This document shows, piece after piece, positions 40,383-54,297 of a stretch of 64,000 nucleotides of DNA. The first letter of the stretch is position 1; each line of letters opens with the position of its first letter. A program made the translations under genes and the position numbers. Where the stretch lies: NCBI GenBank assembly GCA_964016885.1, contig OZ024744.1, positions 68,324,001 to 68,388,000 of the forward strand, in the 5' to 3' direction. This DNA comes from Eledone cirrhosa (Eukaryota). Below the pieces are notes generated by a model that was not told where the DNA came from, ran no database searches, and was given only the letters and a program-made list of their open reading frames with translations.

Positions 40383-40479
<97 letters not shown>

Positions 40480-41391
40480 TGTGTGGCGGGCAGACGGAAG
40501 TCTCTCAGATTTATATATAGATTCTATGAATGCTATAAATATTTTTAACTAAAGTTGCACTTCAGTTTTATTTCTCCAAGTTTCTATCAATGATAATTCC
40601 ATTATATTTCTCACCTTGAATTAACTGTAGGGTATAGTCGTACATATGTTAGCATAGTTAAGATAATTTAGGCAATATTTTCCATATTCAAATGAGATTT
40701 TTCCTCATAGTATTGAAATTTACATGTTTAGCTTGTGGAAATCTTCATGGAAGGTCACAGTATTCTTATTGTTATTCAGTCTTGAATATGTTGGAAACAT
40801 CTTCAGAAACATCTTTGTACATTCCCTTAATGATAACATGGTATTATGTGATTGACTGCATAATAGATTTGGACAGAATAATCTAATATGATATTACTTC
40901 TTTGTCCTTTGACAATGAAGGATGACTAACACTACTAATATCAATATCTTTATATCTTATATATCGCAGTGGGCTTCATCGATAAGGTTTAGCAAACCAT
41001 GTTAGTGGAGTAGTCTCATATCCTTCCCCCGTTGACTCGTAGAGTTAGTGGAAAAGATACTAAACGTTTAACAGCACAGTCCACCAAACAATCAACAGAT
41101 AGCAACAACAACAAAAAAAAAATAATAATAATAATAATGACATGTTACTTTACTGCAAGTGTCATGGTGTCATGGGCATCTTTTCATTAAATGAACACAT
41201 TAATTACAGTGCTGGGTTGAACGACTTATGAGGGTATAATTTAGGCGGGGAAAAACAGGATTCAGATTCAGATACAGAATGGGATACAGCAGTGAATCCA
41301 CTACTGAGACGAATTACTAAAACACATAAACATATAAACTTTACACTATTTCTATTTATAATGCAACTTCACCCTCACTTAAAATTTCTTT

Positions 41392-41487
<96 letters not shown>

Positions 41488-41506
41488 ATATATATAACCA
41501 AATAAA

Positions 41507-41546
<40 letters not shown>

Positions 41547-41547
41547 A

Positions 41548-42805
41548 ATGTCGAAGCCCCGATCTTCTCCCAGTGCGCTGGAACTACTCCTGAGCTATAC
41601 GGTCGTGATAATCGATGACTGTATCGGCGCCACCTCTCTATCACGAGAACAGCTCGGCTGTCTTCTTTCTTTTGTCCAATCTTTCCATCCTGCTCTCAAT
41701 TTCACCGCCTCCGTCTCCCATTCTTCTGTCACTTTTCTAGATATCTCTCTATCTATTAATCACTCTCATCACACCCTCTCTACTTCCATCTACATTAAAC
41801 CAACAGACTCCCAATCTTATCTCGACTTCACCTCCTCCCATCCAACCCACACCAAACACTTCATACCCTATTCCCAATTCCTCCGTCTTCGTCGACTCTG
41901 TAGCCAGGACGACGATTTCGAAGCCTATTCTCTTCGCATTGCTTCCTGCTTCATCCAGCGTGGATATCCCCCCACCTTGATTCAAGCTGCTCTCACCACA
42001 GCCCTCTCACCTCCCCCCCCGCCCTCACAACACCCGTGTTCACCTACCACCCCAGCACCCTACCACTCCGGCGACATATCCTCCGTTCCTTCCGTATCCT
42101 CTCTTCTGCCCCCGTCACTTCTCGCTTTTTCCAAACCCACCCATTACTGCTTTTAAGCGCGCCCGCAACCTCCGCGACCTCCTGGTTCGCAGTTCCTTTC
42201 GTCCTCTCCCACGACTCCACCCGACTCTCATCCTTGTTCCCGTTCCCGCTGCAACACTTGTCCCTTTATTTCCACTCTCACTACTCTTACAGGCCCTAAC
42301 GGGTCTTTTCGTATCCACCATTCCTTCACCTGCACACCCACCACGTTGTCAATGCCCTCCGGTGTCCCCTTTGCGGGTCTTTATATATCGGACAAACAGG
42401 ACTCCGCATGACGGACCGGTTTGCCGAACATTTGAGGGACATACGACTCGGTTTGGATACTCGCACGTGCTCAAGTGTAGCTCTTTTTACAAAACGTTTT
42501 TTTTTCCATTTCAGGTACACGCGTGCCATTAGCAAGTTTTCTAAAAAAAACAAATCATACACTAAACGCCAGCACCAAGTTTTGCAAGAGATGTCAACAT
42601 GATGGACCTGTTATTTTTATCTAAAGACATTTTTTCCAATTCCATCCCGCCCGTCCCCTTAATCTATTTTATTTCTCATTTTTTCTTCAGATGAAGGACT
42701 AGCGTCCGAAACGTTAAGACCCCCTTCCTGCTATATCAAGCATTAACATAATATATACCTTCCATATACTGTACCGATTGTGTTGTTGTTTCTGTTTAAC
42801 TTTTA
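41548..42805 (+). mobile_element. Penelope-like element, Neptune-like, 5'-truncated, flanked by (TA)n
   Basis: IIDDCIG, FLDI, YIKPTDS..YL...SSHP, PYSQFLRLRRLCS, RGYP, RARNLRDLLVRS, CSRSRCNTC, LYIGQTG..M.DRFAEH (GIY-YIG); 3' end with hammerhead. Confidence 0.88.
42684..42720 (+). ncRNA. Hammerhead motif, mutated core (CAGATGA)
   Basis: TCTT-CAGATGA-A-GGAC(TAGC)GTCC-GAAACGTT-AAGA. Confidence 0.6.
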
Positions 42806-43028
42806 CACACATATATATATATATAAATATATAAATGGAAAAAATGAAACGAAATTTCATTTCTCACTCTTAGTACGGCTGTTACTCACTCGATATGCAA
42901 ATTAGGCTGCTCAGCCGTTAATATGCATAAGGAAAGTATATACTTCAGACGTTCAATCATCTGGCAGGAAGGTATACAGTGCTGACGATAGCTAATAAGC
43001 TTGAAGGAGAAAGGAGCATTATACCAGA

Positions 43029-44377
43029 TTATGTTTTTGTATCTAGGTCTTTTATTAAAGTTATTGGAATGATCATGATTATTCTACTGTAAGATCTTCT
43101 AGAATTTGTTTCTTTACTATATTTGATTTTATCAGGATAGCCGGCTTTAGAAAGCGCGTTATTATAGTAATTGGCGTTAGCATCAAAGATGTTTTTATTA
43201 GAAGATAGGTTAGATATTCTTTTTCCAATATTACTAACTATAGCATTCTTAATATTAGTGGGGTGGTTAGATTTAAAATTAACATAATTTAGGTTCTCAT
43301 TGTTTTTATGGTAAGGGTAATATAGGCCAGTGTCAAGATTAAGAGATACATCCAAGAAATTAGCTAGTTTGATGCTGTTATCAAATTCAATTTTTAAGTT
43401 ATGTTGGTTAAAGAGATTACGTATATTGTTCTTAATCATATTAAGGTTAACTATGTTGCAATTTAAGATAGTAAAGAGTCCATCGTCACGATAAATTCCA
43501 CCGCGAAGTTGATGAATTTTCCGACTCAAAGAGTTCAAAATAAAGATACCAATTAAATCTGTCAATTGGGATGAATCGGATGCTCCCATTGTGATGTCGA
43601 AGTGTTAGAGGTATCAGCTCTGGTCCAATATTCATTGTTGAACTCTAAGATGGTTTTACGTGCGGTGAGAATGATGTGAAGTTCATCTGTGGTGATGTCA
43701 GAATATTTAAATGCGAAAGATAGAGCATTGTTGAGAAGTGATGGCAAAATAGAAGAATAGTAGCTGGCAATATCAAATTGAACAAATTTTAGTTTGTTTT
43801 TATTATTCAATTTGTTGAACCAGCCAATCACTTCAGAAGTACCAAACCATAAACTTAAGTTCAAAAAAGAGCAATTAGAACGAACCTGTGGGATAATTCT
43901 ATCCAAGATGGCTTTACTAACAACCCCCAGATCAGATTTAGCGGGGGCGATTAATCTAACAGGTAGTTCAGTACGAAAATTGTTTTTGTGATCCTTGAGA
44001 TTTATCCTCGGAGTTCTTGGGAGGAATGGTTCGGTCTTTTTTCCGATGCCAAGTTTTGACATAATATCAGAAGCTTCAAAGTTTATGGATTCTAAATTAT
44101 CATGGTTGGTTTTACGATATTTTTTCCTAAGTTCCTTTAGGATAAGGTTGTTATAGTTATCCTTGGAAATACCATATACATTATTGGTTTTGTCAGAGTG
44201 GACTAAAACGTTTTTTGAGGAATTTAGGTTTGAAATTGTGTTCTTGAGATTTACAAGGTGCTCTTGTCCTTTGTAAGGGTATCTCTTGAATTTAAGATTT
44301 TTTATAATTTTTGTTAACTCTTCCTCGAATTACACTAGATTTTTGTTGGAAGGAGGATTTCTTCTAGAATTAAATAG
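43029..44377 (-). pseudogene. Penelope-like RT (tentatively Nematis-like)
   Basis: SDKTNN, LKDHKNNF, RLIAPAKSDLG, QFDIASYY, MGASD, YRDDG, NFLDV, YHK, SNHP; frameshift near 43590. Confidence 0.85.
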
Positions 44378-44673
44378 AATAATCTCTCTAATCGCAATTG
44401 CAATTGCCCTGTTAAAAATAAATGTCCTCTCAACAACCATTGTCTTGAAAAAAACTTAATCTACGAATGTAAAGTTATAACTGACACCAATTCCTTCACC
44501 TATTTTGGCTCCACTTCCACCTCCTTTAAAGCTCGTCTTTATAATCATCATTCGTCTTTTAAATACCAACTTAAAAGAACCAACACGGCACTCTCAGAAC
44601 TCATATGGTCCTTGAAAGACAAAAATATTAAATATAACATCTCTTGGAAAAAGGTTTCTTCTGCTTCTTCATA
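44378..44673 (+). pseudogene. Penelope-like GIY-YIG endonuclease fragment, opposite strand to the adjacent RT
   Basis: NCNCPVKNKCPLNNHC...LIYECKV...YFGSTSTSFKARLYNHHSSF...TALSELIWSLK (not in the ORF track, no start codon). Confidence 0.85.
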
Positions 44674-44726
44674 TATATATATTAAGAGAGTAAAACAAAG
44701 AATCCTTTAATACATCAAAAGTTTTT

Positions 44727-44771
44727 ATTAGCCGACAATGTTTCGTCCTATTAAGGACTCATCAGGGCAAT
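44727..44771 (-). ncRNA. Type I hammerhead ribozyme, intact core
   Basis: Minus strand ATTGCC-CTGATGA-GTCCT(TAAT)AGGAC-GAAAC-ATT-GTC^GGCTAAT. Confidence 0.85.
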
Positions 44772-45166
44772 CAAAACAACAAGAGGTAATATCGGCAGAT
44801 ACAAGCCAGAAACTCTGAAGAATATGGAGTGTCTTACAAAGATGTCTTACAAAGATATACGATAATAAAAATGAAAATAAAGATAAAAATAATAAAAATA
44901 TATAATAACTAAGGATGTAGATAACATTAAGAACCATATTACAAATATAGTCCAAAGCCACCAACCTAAATCTAAACAAATTTGGACTATATTTGTAATA
45001 TGGTTCTTAATGTTATCTACATCCTTAGTTATTATATATTTTTATTATTTTTATCTTTATTTTCATTTTTATTATCGTATATCTTTGTAAGACATTAGTG
45101 TATGTACACTCCATATTCTTCAGAGTTTCTGGCTTGTATCTGCCGATATTACCTCTTGTTGTTTTG

Positions 45167-45211
45167 ATTGCCCTGGTGAGTCCTTAATAGGACGAAACAT
45201 TGTCGGCTAAT
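45167..45211 (+). ncRNA. Mirror hammerhead copy with CTGGTGA core mutation
   Basis: Identical to 44727-44771 except for A>G in the core. Confidence 0.7.
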
Positions 45212-45252
45212 AAAAACTTTTGATGTATTAAAGGATTCTTTGTTTTACTCTC

Positions 45253-45338
<86 letters not shown>

Positions 45339-45445
45339 CGATATTAACAAATGGAAACTGTATTTATAAAACCATATCTATTTTATTATACATATTTCAA
45401 GGATACCATGTTAAATTATCCCAACAATTTAAATAGAACTTTTGC

Positions 45446-45476
<31 letters not shown>

Positions 45477-45485
45477 CATTATTAT

Positions 45486-45570
<85 letters not shown>

Positions 45571-45583
45571 TATATGTATGTGT

Positions 45584-45681
<98 letters not shown>

Positions 45682-46105
45682 ATGTGTATATATGTATATT
45701 TAGTTATGTATCTTTATGTGTGTATATGTATGTACGTATGTATATATATATATACCCATGTGGAGGTATGAGTACATATTCGTGTGTGTACATATGTGTA
45801 TATGTGTTTTTGTATGTGTCTTTATATGTTTTTATGTATGTATGTGGATGTATATGTACATGGGTGTGTGATTGATGGTGTGTGCCTATATATTCCTACA
45901 TATGCCCGTGTGTGTATGTACGTATATACGCACATATGTGTGTGTTGAACAAAGGACTAATTTTGGGATGGACGTAAAAACATTCTTCAGAAAAAAATAA
46001 TTGTTTACAAGCTTGGCAGGTGCGGTTTGCCTATGACCATTCTCAACACAAAGGAATACTAAAAGCTTTTTCCCCTGAATAAAGGAATTTTTCGAGAATG
46101 ACCGG

Positions 46106-47153
46106 AAAAAACGAATAAGATACGTCATTAATAGGAGCGGTGAAAAACGATTACGCGCAAAGACAGAACCACGTTTATGGTATAAAAGAGGTCGTAGACT
46201 AATGTTCTCTTAGGTGGTTCATAGAGACGTTCTCTGGCAATGAACGAAATAAACGAAGATAATACGTTATATGTGGACCGTGGAGAACAATAGCACGCAA
46301 AGACAAAACCACGTAAATGGTATAGCAGAAGTCGTAGACTAAAATTCTAACTAGGAGACCGAATGAATCTCCGCTACAGAGTTAAGAACAAAGTAAATAA
46401 ATACAATACAGAAGTAATAGAAATAAATACATACACGCAAACAAAAACGTACATACACAAGCATACGCAAAACACTTACCATAGGTATACAAAACCACGT
46501 ACATATAAATATGTGTGTATGCGTGTATACATATAAATAAATAAATAATTATATAAACGTATATAAATAAATAAATACGTATATAACAAGCGCACACACA
46601 TACATACATGTAAATACACGAATTTTCGGAGACGAAAGTCAACCAAAACATGAAGTACACATATACACACACCCTACATACGTACTAACCTGCATACTCA
46701 CACAGACGCAAAACTCCTGTATACTCATAGCCAAACCATATGTACCAGAATAAAAAAAATAATAAAATTTTACGCCATAATATAAATAATCAAATATACG
46801 TACGAGAAGGTATACGTACCTTCACGAAACATACGGGTAATATATACTTACCTATGCAAACAAGTAAACCACTTAAGAGAACATTAGTCTACGACTTCTT
46901 TTATACCATAAACGTGGTTTTGTCTTTGCGCGTAATCGTTTTTCACCGCTCCTATTAATGACGTATCTTATTCGTTTTTCCCGTTCTTAGCCAGCGAACG
47001 TTTCCACGAACCAAAGTATCGTCTTCCTGTCTTCCTCCGGTTGCAACGTTTTTTGAAATATCCACTTCTGCGTTTACAGATTGACTTTGTTAGTTTCAGA
47101 AGATCCCGTTAAGGGTGAAAGCAGCGACTCTTTGCTTAAACTTTAATCTGTTA

Positions 47154-47201
<48 letters not shown>

Positions 47202-48453
47202 TAACAGATTAAAGTTTAAGCAAAGAATCGCTGCTTTCACCCTTAACGGGATATTCTGAAACTAACAAAGTCCATCTGTAAACGCAGAAGTGGATATTTC
47301 AAAAAACGTTGCAACAAAGGAAGACAGGAAAAAGATACTTTGGTTCGTGGAAACGTTCCCTGGCAAAGAACGGGGAAAAACGAATATAATACGTCATTAA
47401 TAGGAGCGGTGAAAAACGATTACGCGCAAAGACAGAACCACGTTTATGGTATAAAAGAAGTCGTAGACTAATGTTCTCTTAGGTGGTTCATAGAGACGTT
47501 CTCTGGCAATGAACGGAAAAAACGAAGATAATACGTCATATGTGGACGTGGAGAACAATTGCACACAAAGACATAACCACATAAATAGTATAACTGAAGT
47601 CGTAGACTAAAATTCTAACTAGGAAACCGAATGATTCTCCGCTTCAGAGTTAAGAATAAAGTAAATAAAATACAATACAGAGGTAATTGATATTAAATAA
47701 ATACATACACGCATACAAATACGTACATACACAAGCATACGCGAAAACACTCGCCACAGGTATACAAAACCACGCGCATATAAATATGTGTGTGTGTGTA
47801 TACAAATAAATAAGTAATTAAATAAACGTATGTAAATAAATAAATACGTATATAACAAGCGCACACACATACCTACATACAAATACACAAACGTTCGGAG
47901 ACGTACGTCAACCAAAACATGAAGTACACAAATACACACACCCAACATACGTACGAACCTGCATACTCACACAGACGCAAAACTCCCGTATACACATAAC
48001 CAAACCATATGTACCAGAATATATTAAAATATACGCCATAACATATACAATCAAATATACGTACGAGAAAGTATACGTACCTTCACAAAACATACAGGTA
48101 ATATATATACTTACCTATGCAAATAAGTAATGGTATAAACATAACATATACTTAGCTACCACATCAAGACGTAAAATATCCACGTATAGATCGTACTATC
48201 AGCTAGGGTATAATGTGGGGCTGTAATACAGGAAAGTTTTGTGCAATTTATGTTTACAAGCCGAAATTGCCTCAGATATTTTTGCCAGGGAACGTTTCCA
48301 CGAACCAAAGTATCGTCTTCCTGTCTTCCTCCGGTTGCAACGTTTTTTGAAATATCCACTTCTGCGTTTACAGATTAACTTTGTTAGTTTCAGCAGATCC
48401 CGTTAAGGGTGAAAGCAGCGATTCTTTGCTTAAACTTTAATCTGTTATTTTAA
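46106..48453. repeat. Complex direct and inverted duplication around a (TA)n centre
   Basis: 46106-46866 is similar to 47376-48130 (direct); 46867-47488 is palindromic about (TA)n 47157-47197; 48288-48453 repeats ~46996-47160. Confidence 0.9.
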
Positions 48454-48543
48454 TAAATATTTGCTCTACGGTTCTTATATATTTGATATATATTTATCCT
48501 TATCGAGCCCTCTTTGGAATTTAGTCTTCAAAATTATTATTAT

Positions 48544-48582
<39 letters not shown>

Positions 48583-49932
48583 TATGTATGTATTCATACA
48601 TACATACATATATACAAAGATACGTATATACATACATACTTACATACTTATACATATGCGCACGTTCGTGTGTGTGTGTGTAGTTGATCGTATAATATTG
48701 TACCTTATATAGTATCCAAATTTACCGTATCATATTTTCGAACTGATATATAATGCTGATATACAAATATCAGTAACCGGTTTGGTAAACTAATACAAAA
48801 GGCTTTGATACTTAATATTGAATATAATACAGGTAAAGTTATATATTTCTGATACAATCTGGTGAGAGATTTGGCAAGATCGTATGGTTTGTGGTGGTGA
48901 TGATCCTAATGATCGAAGACTAGGCCAAGTGAATTGATATTCAATTAGAACAGGGTATCACTGTATCATGTTGAAATTACAGGAAGCGTGCTTGACATAT
49001 TCACCTACACTAAAATACCATTGACGCAAGGCATTTTATGTGACCTGAACTAAACTACTTGAAGAATATGCCACTTTAATTAGGTTATTTTTCTCTAGTA
49101 TTCCACCACGACGTTTTTTTAATGATGGCCGCTTGGTTATGCTATGTCTGTACCGGTAACTGACGATCTATTTGACTTATGAGCCTTGACCTGAACCGTC
49201 ACCCAGTTTATAACCCACCCACCGCCGGTCACATGTGCCTTTAGCAGAATTCACTCTGTTGTATGCAATTGATCCATGCATCTGATTTGAAGAATTTAAC
49301 TTTCTTCATTCATCCCTCCAGTTTCGGAGGCCTCCGAAAAATATAAAGGGTCGTGGTTGTTTGTCTTTTCTTCTCCGACCTTACTAAGCAGTAACAAGAA
49401 ACCAAGATGGTTACTCTAGATTCCATAGTTGTTTTCTGTTTGCTGTTTCAACTCTTTCCATCATGGGAAATTTTGAGAATTTTTGAGAATGTGGTGGTGG
49501 CGTGGGGATGTGAAAATACTAATACTGGTTTCTTCTCTAGAAGTTCATCAGCCCTGGCCTAGCAAACTCTATACTCTCAGAGAGATATTTATGTCATATG
49601 TTTTATATCAAACTTTCCTTCTACAAATAGTTCATCTATAATAACCGAGAATTTTTCCAGCTTGCTCGTTGACTTCAATAGGGAAGTCTTTTTAGCATGT
49701 GATCTAGTGTTAACGACATCTGTTCACCTTATGCAGTTAGGCAACTGAAGAAGTGTGGTGGGGAATGGCACATTAAGCAAGACCTGAGAAATGTAGGAGG
49801 TTGATGAATACCACCTCCTCGTTCCACTTTAAGATACTGCAGTCTGGCGGCGGTAATATCTATCTATCCAGAAGCCAACAACAATGATACATATATTCAA
49901 ATGTCACTGAATACATATATACGAACGAAGAA

Positions 49933-50157
<225 letters not shown>

Positions 50158-50867
50158 GTGTGTACACATATATACGTACTTGACAATCTTATTCAATACA
50201 CGCCTATGCTCAAACATATACTTATACATATATATACATATACATATAAACGCAATCACAGACACGCACACTTCACAAACATAGCATACACTCCATACAC
50301 ACACGCTCTAACACTCACACGATACATATTTCATTGTCATTCAAGTAACATACTGAAATTTGAATACACGCGGGCACAACTCACAAAAAAACACACACAC
50401 GAGCACTCACTCACACACCCACATACACACACAAACACACACACGCGCACACACACACGCACACACACGTGCACTCATATATATATACACGCTCACGCGC
50501 ACACAGACACACAGACACGCAAACAAACGTAGACAACTACATACACACGCAAACATATATAATATAATATAATATAATATAATATAATATAATATAATAT
50601 AATCTAATCCATAAGGAATGCCTCGTAAAGCAGAAATGTACCAGAGTTCTCTATAAACTAGACTTCTAAGTGATATAACTTAATATAACATGTAGACTAA
50701 CTACGTTATGTTAAAAAAAGGCAATTAATGTTATATATATTAAAATAACACAGACACGCGCACATATACAAACCCCACCCATACACACACATATATGCAT
50801 ACATAATACGTACATACATGTATACATACATATATACATACATACATACATACATACATACATACAT

Positions 50868-51496
50868 GGTGGCTGCCAACTCGTTTTCGAGTACGGCCAC
50901 TACTTTATATCCATGTAGGAGAACCCCTACCGATGCGCTGAACGAGTGTGACGTTTTAGTCCAGCCAGCGACTTGAAAACTCTGGTACAAACACTACACC
51001 TGTGACAATTATTGGCACATAGTGCTGGGCCCATGGTATCATGTGACGACAAGTGCAGAGAGATCTCCAGATATAAAGCAATGCCTGTGCCGTGCAGCTT
51101 TTATAGTGAGCAAAGGCACTGCACAAAGCCAGTCCCACTCTCTTAAGCAAGATGATATTTACCAAAAAGAAGAACGGGTCAACATCATTGGATACTATCA
51201 AGGTTGCAGATGTTATATCAGATTTTTCATTCTCCTAGAATTCTGCCTTGACAAAGGCTAAGGGGTCATCTCTCCTAGTGATTTTAGATGGCCATTGACT
51301 CTTAAGAGCTCCTTTGCCCTTTGACAGGTTTTGTTTTTAGTCCTGTAGGATGTCCAAAGTCACCCTCCTCACCAAGAAATCTTGGTGGGGTTTCCAGTTT
51401 AGTCGCCAACAACCCGACCATGGGACAGGTTGTATTGGGATACATGTTACCAGTAGCAACAACTGGTGACCTGACATACACACACACACACACACA

Positions 51497-51541
<45 letters not shown>

Positions 51542-53494
51542 ACATACATACATACATACATACATACATACATACATACATACATACATACATACATACA
51601 TGGTGGCTGCCAACTCGTTTTCGAGTACGGCCACTACTTTATATCCATGTAGGAGAACTCCTACCAATGCGCTGAACGAATGTGACTTTAGTCCAGCCAG
51701 CGACTTGAAAACTCTGGTACAAACACTACACCTGTGACAATTATTGACACAGTGCTAGGCCCATGGTACCATGTGACGACAAGTGCAGAGAGATCTCCAT
51801 ATATAAAGCAATGCCTGTGCCGTGAAGCTTTTATAGTGAGCAAAGGCACTGCACAAAGCCAGTCCCATTCTCTTAACCAAGATGATATTTACCAAAAAGA
51901 AGAACAAGTCAACATCATTGGATACCATCAAGGTTGCAGGTGTTATATCAGAGTTTTCCTTCTGCTAGAATTCTGCCTTAACAAAGGCTAAGGCGTCATC
52001 TCTCCCAGTGATTTTGGATGGCCATTGACTCTTAAGAGCTCCTTTGCCCTTTGACAGGTTTTGTTTTTAGTTCGGCAGGATGTCCAAAGTCACCCTCCTC
52101 ACCAAGAAACCTTGGTGGGATTGCCAGTTTAGTCGCCAACGACCCAACTATGAGACAGGTTGTACTACATACATACATGGTGGCTGCCAACTCGTTTTCG
52201 AGTGCGGCCACTACTTTATGTCCATGTAGGAGAACCCCTACCGATGCGCTGAACGAGTGTGACTTTTTAGTCCAGCCAGCGACTTGAAAACTCTGGTACA
52301 AACACTATACTTGTGACAATTATTGGCACATAGTGCTGGGCCCATGGTATCATGTGACGACAAGTGCAGAGAGATCTCCAGATATAAAGCAATGCCTGTG
52401 CCGTGAAGCTTTTATAGTGAGCAAAGGCACTGCACAAAGCCAGTCCCACTCTCTTAAGCAAGATGATATTTACCAAAAAGAAGAACAGGTCAACATCATT
52501 GGATACTATCAAGGTTGCAGGTGTTATATCAGATTTTTCATTCTCCTAGAATTCTGCCTTGACAAAGGCTAAGGGGTCATCTCTCCCAGTGATTTTGGAT
52601 GGCCATTGACTCTTAAGAGCTCCTTTGCCCTTTGACAGGTTTTGTTTTTAGTCCTGTAGGATGTCCAAAGTCACCCTCCTCACCAAGAAATCTTGGTGGG
52701 GTTGCCAGTTTAGTCGCCAACAACCCGACCATGGGACAGGTTGTATTGGGATACATGTTACCAGTAGCACCAGCTGGTGACCTGATGGTGACCTATAAAC
52801 ACACACACACACACATACACACATACACACATACATACATACATACATACATACATACATACATACATACATACATACATACATACATACATGTTGGCTG
52901 CCAACTCGTTTTCGAGTACGGCCACTACTTTATATCCATGTAGGAGAACTCCTACCAATGCGCTGAACGAATGTGACTTTAGTCCAGCCAGCGACTTGAA
53001 AACTCTGGTACAAACACTACACCTGTGACAATTATTGACACAGTGCTAGGCCCATGGTACCATGTGACGACAAGTGCAGAGAGATCTCCATATATAAAGC
53101 AATGCCTGTGCCGTGAAGCTTTTATAGTGAGCAAAGGCACTGCACAAAGCCAGTCCCATTCTCTTAACCAAGATGATATTTACCAAAAAGAAGAACAAGT
53201 CAACATCATTGGATACCATCAAGGTTGCAGGTGTTATATCAGAGTTTTTCTTCTCCTAGAATTCTGCCTTGACAAAGGCTAAGGGGTCATCTCTCCCGGT
53301 GATTTTGGATGGCCATTGACTCTTAAGAGCTCCTTTGCCCTTTGACAGGTTTTGTTTTTAGTCCTGCAGGATGTCCAAAATCACCCACCTCACCAAGAAA
53401 CCTTGGTGGGGTTGCCAGTTTAGTCGCCAACGACCCGACCATGAGACAGGTTGTACTGGGATACATGTTACCAGTAGCACCAGCTGGTGACCTG

Positions 53495-53495
<1 letters not shown>
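50868..53495 (-). mobile_element. Tandem array of four ~570-615-bp non-coding RTE-like retroelements with (ATGT)n tails
   Basis: Units 50868-51474, 51602-52166, 52179-52793 and 52893-53495, separated by (CATA)n/(CA)n; contain a CTAGGAGAAG.AAAACTCTGA motif resembling RTE-type 5' UTRs. Confidence 0.8.
53415..53492 (-). ncRNA. Degenerate HDV-like ribozyme at element 5' end
   Basis: P1 GGTCA/TGGTC, P2 CCAGT/ACTGG, loop ACC pairing with GG, P4 TCG(TTGG)CGA, J4/2 CTAA; P3 imperfect. Confidence 0.45.
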
Positions 53496-53538
<43 letters not shown>

Positions 53539-54297
53539 ACGTACGTACGTACGTAAGTACATAATTCATACATACATACATACATACATACATACATACA
53601 TACATACATACATACATACATACATACATACACACACACACACTTATATTCACAGACATTGACGGTCTAATTTCCCCTTTCCCTTATCCTTCACTTTATA
53701 CATAATACACACTTCACGTACATATTTGAGAGCCATCTCAAAATATGTAAGACATTTCAAACTATAAATTCAGTTATCGTTATGAAACTCCGCATTCCAA
53801 CGTTGTCTTCATTTTGTGTGGGTGTAAGGAACAATCTATACTGACAGACGATCAGACAGAAGGAGTTAAGAAGAGTGAGATATAAAAGGGATACAGTAGA
53901 TAGAAACAGAGAGAGTGTGAGAGAGTGAATTGAATGAGAGTGAGAGAGAAAGAAAGAAAGAGGAAAGGAGAGGGAGATATGGGTTGGAGCGAGAAGAGGC
54001 AAGGGGGGAGGGGGAGGCAACAGACAAAGAGATAATAGATAGCTGGGTAAACAACATGCAGATAGACAGAAAAATGATTGACAAAGAAAGAGTCAAAGCA
54101 AGAAAAACTCTGTACAGATAGACATACGACAGCAGAGTGTGCAGACAGAAGAGTAGTAGACTAGCAGATGACAGGGATAGATAGATATCTTTCTTTATTT
54201 GCCACAAGGGATAGATAGATAGGCTTAATAACGACAGGAAAATACTTAAACTGACTGCTCAGACAAACAGACTTATCATAAACTAAAATAATATTAA

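Larger units (their letters stand above)
44674..45260. repeat. ~590-bp palindrome (arms ~44674-44956 and ~44981-45260) bounded by (TA)n
   Basis: Arms reverse complementary with a few differences; ~24-nt spacer. Confidence 0.93.

Noticed and set aside
40476-40522. Minus-strand Helitron-like 5' terminus (TCTATATATAAATC)
   Set aside because: No matching hairpin-CTAG 3' end was found, so the element cannot be delimited.
43029-44673. Naiad-type selenoprotein PLE with N-terminal endonuclease
   Set aside because: Cys codons in the endonuclease are ordinary TGT/TGC, the domains are on opposite strands, and canonical hammerheads lie nearby.
48790-49860. Possible decayed LINE or host exon
   Set aside because: No sustained reading frame or clear motif is visible.
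50868-53495. CRISPR-like array or tandem protein-coding exons
   Set aside because: Units are ~600 bp, spacers are microsatellites, and the short ORFs vary between units and lack motifs.
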